Source: Selaginella moellendorffii | Lineage: Eukaryota > Plantae > Lycopodiophyta | Assembly: GCF_000143415.4 (NCBI RefSeq) | Contig: NW_003314265.1 | Span: 1,508,446 to 1,572,445, forward strand | Direction of reading: 5' to 3' | Length of the DNA stretch: 64,000 nt | Shown: in pieces, positions 34,792-44,514 of the stretch | How positions within the stretch are numbered: position 1 is the stretch's first letter | Layout of the letters: the number at the start of each line of letters is the position of its first letter | Notes under the pieces: model-generated | What the model was told of the DNA's origin: nothing | Databases searched by the model: none | The model's input: the letters and a program-made list of their open reading frames with translations, nothing else | Made by a program: the position numbers and the translations under genes

Positions 34792-35618
34792 TCTCACCGG
34801 GAATCGCAGTAGCCCTGCCCTCCCTGCCCTGGCCTCCTCTAGCGCATCGATCTGCTGCTAGACAATGTGGCTGCTATCTAAGAACCCTAGACCTGCGCCG
34901 CGCATTTGGATTTGGGAACGTACACTGGATATTTTGGATGCGATTCCCCCCCCGGATGGAGAGATTGCCGCGCCGGATCAAGGAGAAAACCTATCGCCGA
35001 TCCAGGTGCTCGGCTCAATCGCCAAGGACATCGTCGTCCCACTGCAACAAGCAACACACACATGACAAGGCCCGTTGGATGGCCGATCGAACGGCTGGGC
35101 GCTGGTGCAAATCATGGCCGTCGATCTAGACTCCCGGAGAATAAATCCGACGAACGGCGGCAACCCGCGGGCTCGCGCAGATTCAAAGGCCACGTGGCGA
35201 TCCGGGATTGGTCTCACGGCTGGGGAATCCTGTGGCCAAACGTCCATCGTCTTCCCCACAAAGAAATTTAGATAGATAGGCCATAAGCAGGAATTCGCGA
35301 GCTAGGGCGTCCGGGGAGTGCGTTCGTGCTGCTGCGAGCTGGGGCGCGGACGTAGCGGAGGCGATTGCGCAGCGGCGCGATCGAGGTGCGTGGTCGATCG
35401 ATCCAAGAGCTTCGTAAAGCCCTAACCCTAACCCTAACCATTGTTCTTCCTCTGGACGTGACGCGAAGCCTCGCCTCGCCTCGCCTCGCCTCCAGATCGG
35501 ATGATGGAATCGGGCGTCTGGATCAGCGCGTGAGGAGGAATTCGCAGGGATTTTCAAGCTGGAGACGCCATCGGCGCTTTGCTCGTCCCCGGCGTCGGAA
35601 TGCTGGCGACCCCCGGAC

Positions 35619-35651
<33 letters not shown>

Positions 35652-35678
35652 GTTCTAGGGGCAGGATTTCAGCAGGGA

Positions 35679-38600
35679 ATGGCACAGCAAGGGGCGGTGC
35701 CAGGATTCCAGCCGGGAAATTCACAGGGGATACCGCAGGGTAGTGGTGTTAGTGTCGTCTCACAGGGGATACCAGCGCCGAGTAGTGGTGTTCTACATCC
35801 AGGGCAGGGATTAGCGCCGACGCTGCGGACTCCAGCGTTCCAATTGCCTCCCTATCCTCTCCCAGCTGCGTGTCAAAGGATGACGACCCAGACGATGCTC
35901 GATAAGATCAGCGAGTGTATGCAAAAGCTACATTCCAAGCCGGTTCTAGCTCCAGCTCCAGCTCCGGGGATGCCATGGCCGGGGATTCCAGGGACGCCGG
36001 TGTTCTTCCGCCCAAACGGCCGAGTCGGGGAGACTGTTCATGTGGCGCGAAATACCATGATGCTGCCATTGGACCCCAGGTATGCTGGAATTCCCCGGGG
36101 GCCGTCCGGCCCAGTGAAGCAGGCTTTGAATGGCGTCGTGAGCGCCGGGGCTGTAGCGGCGAAGCAGCAAGTGGTGAATGGAACCAGTGTTGGTGCCATG
36201 TCTCTGGAGCGCATGAGGATGAATTGCCTCGAGGGCACTCGGATGGTGACGGTTCCAACACCGCAGAGTGGTTTGCCGAAGCCGAGAGGGAAGAAAAGGG
36301 CGAGGGAGGCGTCCTGTGGCTCGGTTTGTGTGAGCAATCAGCAGTGCCCGTTAGAGAATCCGGTGGGGAAGACGAAAATTCTGATTTTCCATCAAGACGG
36401 CAGCAAGGCGAGCAAGGTGGTGGATTTCATACCCGGCACAGGGAAGTGCACTGGTGGAATCCCTTCAACCAAGATAGGCCAAGCTCCTTCTCCGGACGGT
36501 GTTACAAAAGTTGATAGCGAGGCGTCAAGGGATGGCAAGCGGCAGAGAGTGGAGAGCAGGGAGTGCGTTCTAGCGCGGATGCTGATCAACAATTATCCAG
36601 CGGCCGAGAATTTGTTACTAAGTGCGGTCCATAGAGCAACAGGCTCAAGCGTAGCGGAAAAAGTCGCTGAAGACGACAAAAGGGCGCAGGTGCCTGGCAC
36701 CAGAGCTGCCGGTAAACTCCAGTCGAAGCGAGCCGAGGCGGCGGCGAGCAAAGCCGCTGAGGAACTGAAAGGTGGGAAGAAGCAGGAAGCAGAGTCTGTG
36801 GAGTCTTCGGTATCCAAAGAACCGGAAGGTCCCCTTATTCAAACGAAGAGAGGCAGGACTCAAACCCGTCCAGTGTGGCTTCGAGATTCGGTAGTGGAGC
36901 CTTTGAAGAAGCCAAAAGACGAAGCTAAGACGGCCAAGCGGGAAATGACCCCGAAGTGTAAGAAACCAACGAAGGCACGCGCGGATGCAAAAGCTACTCA
37001 GCCTGTGAAGCGAGCAAAGGACGTGGAGAGTGACTCAGAAGACGATGAGATATCAGCTCGTAAGACGCAGAAGATGAACTGCTTGTTATCGACAAACCAA
37101 GAATTTGACGAGCCGGAGGCCCAAGATTATGACAGTGATGCAAGCGACATGTCTGTGGCAACAATAATGGCTCAGCATCTAGCAGAGAAATTTGAGGAGG
37201 GTGTCATTGTGTGGGCAAAGTCTGGAAAAAGAGCCGATCTCTTTTGGCCGGCAAAGGTTGTGAAGTATCCACCAGCGGCAGTTCAAAGTTCTCGTGTCCC
37301 AAGCTCCGTCTGCGTGATGTTCTTCGGGACTGGAAAGCAGCGGGTAAGCATTTACTTTTTCCAGTCTCCAGTCCAGATTCTGACGTGTTTTATTTTCTAA
37401 AAGGAGTTTTCGTGGGTTCAAGGGAGCATGATATTTCCATTCATGGATGAGCTCGAAAGGTGTGTCCTATCCTTTGCAAGTCTTCTCAATTCAATTGATC
37501 ATGTGCCAGGTATCAAAATCAAACTTTGCAAGAAGATGAAGAAAAAGCCTTCGGCTCTGCAATGGAGGAGGCTATACTTGCGGAATCTGGTTTTGAGCAA
37601 GAAGAAGTTGAGAAGCAGCTGGTTGTCTGTGAAGCTAAACCCGAAACATCAACTAGTGATACCGATCAGCCTCTTCTTGAAGACGTTAATAATTTTGCAG
37701 AAGAAGATCAGGTACGTCTTGAATATTCACTTTGTCGTGCCTAAGAACGGATACCTGAACAGCACTGCAGCGTGTGTACAGAACCCCGATCCTTGTTCGA
37801 ACAAGTTTCTTGGGTAAGAAGTTTCTGTCTTCCTGGATTCCTTTTCTAATTAACTTTTTTTTTTCAGGTCCGTTGTGGTGCTTGTCAAGTCTGGATGCAT
37901 GCAGCCTGCGTAAAAGTTAGCAAGGTGCTATCGAAGGTATCTTGTGATATTTATTTTTGTCAATCTCACTTTGTCAATCCGGCAGACTGCTTCTTCTTAC
38001 ACTTGTAACATATGCAAAAGTAAAACACGGCAAGGGTAACAGATTTTTCTCGTCTTTCACATATTGCATTGCTAACCGGAGTTCAGGATGCTGGCGGAGT
38101 GGAACACCTATCTCATCCCTGAATGTTTAATTGTTTACTGCGGAACAAAAGAAGCTGAGTATCGACCAAAACGCCACGAGTAAGCTGGAATAACTCTGTT
38201 TATTGTGCTTGATTTTCTCAGTTTTCTTATGTCCAACAGGGTCTTTTGTCAATGTGAACTATGTGGAGATGGTAAATTCATGCCCCCATCAGAGTGGGAA
38301 CGGCACGCAGGCTGTAAAAGCAGACGGTGGAAATCAACTATTAAGATAAAAACCACACAGCAGTCTCTTTACTTATGGGTGAGTGTAAGGGGCTTGGAAA
38401 CATATAATTCTGAAAGAGCATACACTTGCAGCTTCAAAGAATGATTGAGAGTGGCGCACCAGGCATCGGCTACAACTCGCACAATGTTCGGAAGCTTGCG
38501 ATGAAGGATTTCACCGCTTGCCTACAGGGTAAGATATTGCGTTTCAATTTTACTCCAGTCTTCATACTTTTTCTTCCTTTGTTAGAGCCGTACACACCGG

Positions 38601-40677
38601 TAATAGTCAACTGGACGTCAGAAAGATGTGCCGTGTGTCGTTGGGTTGAAGATTATGAATATAACAAGATCATCATTTGTAACAGGTATGACACATTTTC
38701 TCACTGTTCTATTCTTAAACTCGCGAGCAGGTGCCAACTAGCTGTGCACGAGGAGTGTTATGGGGTCAAAGCATCCGAAATAAGTAGTTCCTGGGTGTGC
38801 CGAGTCTGTCAAACTCCTGACATAGAACGAGAATGCTGCCTTTGTCCAGTAAAAGGTACTTCGTCATGCCTAGACTCTACCGCGATAAAACGTTCGTGAT
38901 TTTGCCACAGGTGGTGCGCTCAAACCTTCTGATATTCCTGGATTTTGGGTCCACGTTACTTGCGCCTGGTTCACGCCAGAAGTAGCGTTCAAGGATATAA
39001 ATAAGATGGAACCGGCGGTTGGTCTGCAAGGGGTGGACACCACCCGTTTTTCTCAGGTGTGTTCTCGTTCTGTTTGAACCAGAACAATGCCAAACCTTGT
39101 GTGTGTGACAGGCATGTGTAGTTTGTGAACAAGTGCACGGAGCCTGCATACAATGCACCAAATGTCGCACCACATACCATCCTATGTGTGCCTCAAGGGC
39201 GGGATATCATATGGAGGTAAAAGCGCTCAGCAAGAGATGGCCGATAACTAACGGGACTTGTTTCAGCTGCAAATATCCAAGAAGAAAAATGTACCGTCTA
39301 CGAGGATGCTATCATATTGCGCTGCACACAAGTTAAGCTGCCTCCGAATCAATTTTACTTCGCTAAGCACATTTAACTCTTGCAGAACTCCAAGCCCTGA
39401 TGCATTTCTCCAGTACAATATTACGCAAAAGAAGCCTCCAGCAACCAAATTTCCACTGGTCCCTGTCCCCACAGAAGAAGTTCCCTGCGTTGAGACGGAA
39501 AGGCTAGGATGCCTTCTCGCTGCCAACGAACTGTCTCGGAGTCTTGAGATCTCGTTTGAAAAATTCAAGCGCTGGAGGATGCTTCCTGCTGCCAGATGCC
39601 AAGCATACAACCCTGATGATACATCTCACAAGGTACGACAGAATTGACATTGGTCGTGTGTTTCTAATATGTGTTTGTGGTGGGATTCTAGAAACCGACT
39701 GGAGCTGGGATAGCTTACAGGGTGATGGGATACACCAAGAACTCCCTAGACTGGATCAGCTCACTGAGGGTTTGAGAATTTTTCAGACCTGTCCTCTAAA
39801 TTCTGATGGTGTACAATGCACAGGACTACCTAGAACCAGATCATGGCGAAGTAATGTCTATGAAGGAGCGTCTGTCGTTTCTACAGGTTCGAACACGTCT
39901 AAATTTCCAGGATATATATGTGGCCGTGCCTGGTGCAGAAAACTGAGAAAACGAGAGTTTGCTTTGGTAAATCAGGCATCCATGGATGGGGACTGTTTGC
40001 GAGGCGATACATCAAAGAAGGAGAGATGGTAAATCATCGCCCTGCGTACTATTACTTCGAGTTGATTGCTAAATGTCGTTCGCGATGCCAGGTGGTGGAA
40101 TACAGAGGGGAAAGGATTCGCCGTAGCGTGGCAGACTTGCGGGAAAAGCGTTATTGCTTGGAAGGCAAGCACTGCTATGTAAGTGTACAACCTCAGCCTT
40201 CGACTTTTGCTCCCACTCTAACTTTGCATAGACTTGGATTTATAAAACCAGCTGTTCAAGATAAGCGAAGAAGTCGTCATTGATGCAACGGAGAACGGCA
40301 ACATTGGACGGCTGATCAACCACTCGGTATGTCACTCTTTCTTCCAATGATCATCACGATGTTTATCTTTGTTTTGTTTCCACAGTGCGAACCAAACTGC
40401 TATGCGAGGATTGTGAGCGTAGAAGGCGAAGGCGAGAGCCACATTGTGCTGATTGCACGTAAAGACGTCTCAGTCGGCGAGGAACTTACGTGAGTGAGAG
40501 AAGATCCAGTTGGCAGAAAAAAGAGAGAATTAGATCTCTCTTCTCTTCTCGTCTCGTGGTTTTCTAATCGATTCTCTTTGGTGTGGCCTGTGTAGGTACG
40601 ATTATCAATTCGACAAGGAAGACAAGAAGGTCCTGTGCCTGTGCGGCTCGTCACGGTGCCGACGATTCATGAACTAG
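35679..40677 (+). CDS. Trithorax-family H3K4 methyltransferase, ATX3/ATX4/ATX5 clade (PWWP, PHD, SAND-like, PHD/ePHD, SET, post-SET)
   Basis: [62 protein letters not shown], Win-like [52 protein letters not shown]. Confidence 0.95.
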
Positions 40678-40750
40678 AAGAACAAGAACAAGAACCAAGA
40701 AAAAAAAAATCACACAACGATTCTTTCCACAATTCTTGCCGAGCTGTAAA

Positions 40751-40984
40751 TACACGTGTTTTAACGCCGCCACGTGGCCTGCCAGCGGTCCCGCCCAGGT
40801 GTCCTGTATAGTACGGTCCTGCCGTCACCCCGCATGCGCCGGAATATGCCCGTCTCCGGAGTTAATGACCGACACGCCACGTGTCGGTTGTACGGCTCTC
40901 ATTCAATGGACCGCGAAGTCTGGCAGCTCCAGGCAGCGCAAAACGCAATGAGAGAGAGAGACTGGATGGAGGCGATTATAAAAT
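40751..40984 (+). promoter_or_regulatory. ABRE/G-box cluster, DRE-ABRE-DRE palindrome and TATA box upstream of the LTP
   Basis: CACGTG at 40753, GCCACGTGGC at 40769-40778, ACCGACACGCCACGTGTCGGT at 40868-40888, TATAAAA at ~40977. Confidence 0.65.
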
Positions 40985-41083
40985 CCCAGTGCTGGATCAC
41001 CGCTCTTTACTCCACTGCCTCGTTTGGATCCATCCATCGTCTCCAGTTCGAGCGCGCTGGTCATTGCTGATCGGAGGAAGAAG

Positions 41084-41508
41084 ATGGCGTCGATGAAGAT
41101 CGGGGTGGTCTTGGCTGTGGCGGCGCTGCTGGCGGCCATTGCTGGGCGCGTGGAGGCGGCGCAGTGCAATGGCAGCCCGGCGATGCTGGCCAGCTGCCTG
41201 CCCGCGACGCAGAGTAGCACCTCGTTCCCGGGCGCGCAGTGCTGCTCCTCCCTCACGCGCTTCCGCGGCAACCCCGACTGCCTGTGCTCCACCATGCTCA
41301 CCGCGCGCCAGCAGTTCACCTTCTCCGTCCCCAACGCCTTCACCATCCCCGAGCGCTGCGGCTACGCCAATGAGATCCCGCCGCACTACAAGTGTGGAAG
41401 TAAGCTTCCACCTCCACCTCCTTTCTCTTTCTTTCACTTCGACCTTCTTCTACTTGTGTGCTAAAGTCTCTTGCTTTTTTGTTTCCAGACTACGTTGTGG
41501 GGCACTGA
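41084..41508 (+). CDS. Non-specific lipid transfer protein, type D
   Basis: Signal peptide and 8-Cys motif C..C..CC..CxC..C..C. Intron 41400-41488 starts 4 nt after the C8 codon (type-D position); no GPI tail. Confidence 0.92.
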
Positions 41509-41942
41509 GCGAGCGAGGAGAGCACTGTTCTATGTACGCTGATCAATGTTTACAATATATATATATACTCTGGTTTCCTGTCATCGCGATCTAGATAGGC
41601 ACTAGATCTTCACTCATGATCCATGGATTCGCTTTCTTTCTTGAGAGCCGGAGGATGATTGGAATTTGGAGGGCGGCAAGGAATGTTGAAATGTTGAACG
41701 AGCGAGCCGTTCAACGAGCGCTCTACACAGCATTCAATGTTTCTGAAAAAGTTGCGTAGTCTTTGCTTTCATGTACACAACACAGTTCTGGAAAGTGGAT
41801 CTTTTTTTCTCACCAAAGCGCTTGTCAGAAAATTGCCAGCAACCAGGCAGGCAGGCTGAAGCGAAAAACACAATACTACCAGTACCAAGACTCATAGCTA
41901 GCTTTTTTAGCGTTAAACCTTTGGTTTGCATTGCCAAGAGAT

Positions 41943-42767
41943 TCAAACGCTCAGGGGCCTGGACGAGGAACGGCCTTGCCGGATCAATGGTTCGCTTCTA
42001 ACTTTGCGGCTCAAGCTCTGGAACATCGGGAGGAAGGCTGCATACAGCCCGCAGAAGATGAAGGGCGAGGCAACGATCCATCCCAGCACCTTTTCACCAA
42101 ACAAGGAATCAATAAACAGATAGTTACAGCAAGAGAACGAGCAAAAAACACGTACTGCGTACAAAAGGCCAAAGATCACTTGTCGAGGCAAATGGCCAGA
42201 GAAGGCTTCTTTGAATGTGCTTGTTGTCAGAGCGATGTGCTCCGCTCCAAGAACGTACTCTCCAACTCGCAAAAACGGGATAATCAAGCTGTGCACGAGA
42301 AAGTAAAGTTGAGAATATATGAAAGTAGCGGAATTGAGACTTTCAAAGAAGACGAAGCTTCAAAGCGGGCAGTGGATGGCCTACCTCAGTTCTATCGGTG
42401 TAGCTACGAGATTTGCCAGCATTAGCAACGGGACATGGCACTTAGATCGAAGGACCAGAGCAGCAAGAGCACACAGCAACGCAGTAGCACCTACAAGAAG
42501 GTAGCAAAGATTAAAAACGAGCTCTCTAGATAGCTTAGAAAACTTGCCATAAACTGGGAATACTCCGAGCGTGATCCCGAGAGCACCGGACAAGGCGAGC
42601 TGTTTGGGTTCCGTTCCCCTGATGTTCAAAGACCCAATCAATTCGAGAACGAAACAAAAGAAGAACGAGAGAAGAGCTTACCTCCGGACGAAGCCGAGCA
42701 CGGGATCCACAATGCGGCGTCTCATCCAACGAACCAACCAGTTGTTCCGCAAGCCCATCTTTCCCAT
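41943..42767 (-). CDS. DUF2062-like membrane protein; multi-exon
   Basis: RIVDPVLGFVRR|GTEPKQLALSGALGITLGVFPVY|GATALLC..LMLANLVATPIEL|SLIIPFLRVGE. Confidence 0.8.
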
Positions 42768-42912
42768 CTCTCGTCTCTCTCACCCCTCAGATCCTTAGGT
42801 CACTCCCACCGCAATTTCTCGCTTTTGACTCTCCTAAGTTCATGGAAAGCTCGCAAAACATGTCTGTCCTACTCTTCCCACCCCTGCTGAAAGAAAAAAA
42901 ACCAAGGCTGTC

Positions 42913-44109
42913 TCAGTACAAGTAAGGTACGTACTTCTTGGTCACACTCCTCTTGTAACTCCCATACTCCTCGCCAAAATGCTTGAGCAGCAGCTCCTCC
43001 TCGCGCTGGACCAGCTGCTCGTAGTAGAAGAGGCAGCCGGCGAGGATGAGCGCCATACTTCCGTAGGCTCGCAGCGCCAGGCAAAACGCCGAGAAGAGGA
43101 GAATGCTGCTGCCATAGATGGGATGCCTCACCCAGCGGTAAGGCCCGAACGGCACCACGATGTTTGGGCTGTCCACCTTCTTGGAGAACTTGAGAAGGAA
43201 GTAAGTCCCATAGTACTTGAGCGCCAGCGCCGCCAGCACCATCACCGCCGCCACCTTTGTCTGCCACCCGAGGTTCCAGCTCTCCACCAGCGGCGGCGAC
43301 TCAAACGCCGCCAGCCAGTGCCCCACCACCACCGATCCCACGAACCCAATCCAAGTCGCGCGGCTCACCGGAAGAGCCCAGTCCTTGTCCTCTGGGCTGG
43401 TATCAGTCTTGCCATAGACTCTCATCCGGATCATCCTCTCAAACATGGAGAAGGCGCAGTAGACGCCATAGAAAATCGCCGGGAAGCCTTCGACGTAGCC
43501 TTGGAAGTGGCCGAGAGGGACGAGGATGAGCCATAGCAGCGCCCCCGCGATGATTATCAGCGCATCTCTGTCGCGAGCTCTTGTCCGGTACTTTCGATCG
43601 TCCCACCGAGTGTAGCGCTTGTGAGCCAGGAAGCACGCGCCAGCGCCGACGAGCAGCGCAGCCTGCCATGGCCAGAAGATGAGCGCCCAGCTCGCGTACA
43701 TCCACAAGCTTGAGTTGAAAACCACCGCGCCAAGGAACCACTGCGCGGCCGTCCAGACCAGCGCCGCCAGCGTCGCGATCTTGACGGCCTTGAGCGGGGT
43801 GATCTTCTCCAGCTCGTCCGCGGCCTTCTCGAGCAGCGTCCTGTCGTCCACGGGATTGAACTGGTTGCTGAAAGGATACCTGGGATGGATGTAATCCTGC
43901 TCCTCCTGGACGTAGTATCCCTCCTCGTCGAGAGCCCTAGCCGGATCGAGCGGCCTCCTGCTGAGAAATCCGGAGAAATACCTCGTTTTCTTCCAGCGAC
44001 AGCATCCGATCGTCGCGGGGCCGGGAGAAGAGCATCTTGCGGGCACAATGCGCGGCCTGGAACGCTGGAGACGGACGAGACAAGAGTAAGGCACTGCTGC
44101 CATCGCCAT
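42913..44109 (-). CDS. Isoprenylcysteine carboxyl methyltransferase (ICMT/PEMT)-family membrane protein, probably plastid-targeted; intronless
   Basis: 398-aa ORF with transit-like N-terminus and VVPFGPYRWVRHPIY..REEELLLKHFGEEYGSYKRSV. Confidence 0.85.
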   Translation of the reverse strand: MAMAAVPYSCLVRLQRSRPRIVPARCSSPGPATIGCCRWKKTRYFSGFLSRRPLDPARALDEEGYYVQEEQDYIHPRYPFSNQFNPVDDRTLLEKAADELEKITPLKAVKIATLAALVWTAAQWFLGAVVFNSSLWMYASWALIFWPWQAALLVGAGACFLAHKRYTRWDDRKYRTRARDRDALIIIAGALLWLILVPLGHFQGYVEGFPAIFYGVYCAFSMFERMIRMRVYGKTDTSPEDKDWALPVSRATWIGFVGSVVVGHWLAAFESPPLVESWNLGWQTKVAAVMVLAALALKYYGTYFLLKFSKKVDSPNIVVPFGPYRWVRHPIYGSSILLFSAFCLALRAYGSMALILAGCLFYYEQLVQREEELLLKHFGEEYGSYKRSVTKKYVPYLY

Positions 44110-44514
44110 AGCCGAATAAGAACCCTAAACCCTATCCCATCATGGAATCCAACGGCCCAAATTCAAACTACACGAATATGCTAGATCCAGCGGCTCACGT
44201 TTAAATGTCTGAGGAATGAGCCGATCCAACGGCGGCCACGGCCCGCGCCTTGAGAGACTAGAACCATGTGCGAAAGATTGAATTTTCAAGTGGCTGCTTT
44301 TTCCTCACTGTCTCTGCTTTTCTTTTCGCCTTGCTTTTGCTACGGAGGGAACCCACTACCAAGCAAGTGCTCGCTTTTCATCCCCTTGTTTAGACGCATT
44401 GGTGAGAAATCGTCGCGTTGGCAGCACGACAAGATCCTACTAAAACCGAAAGGAAAAATCCAGAAGAGCTGAGCTGAAATGATACCTGGAGGAAGATCCG
44501 CTTGAGTTCCCGCA

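Noticed and set aside
41693-41715. 8-bp hairpin gttgaacg...cgttcaac, and similar short palindromes at ~59449 and ~61478
   Set aside because: Too short to exceed chance in 64 kb, and no miRNA-like extended stem.
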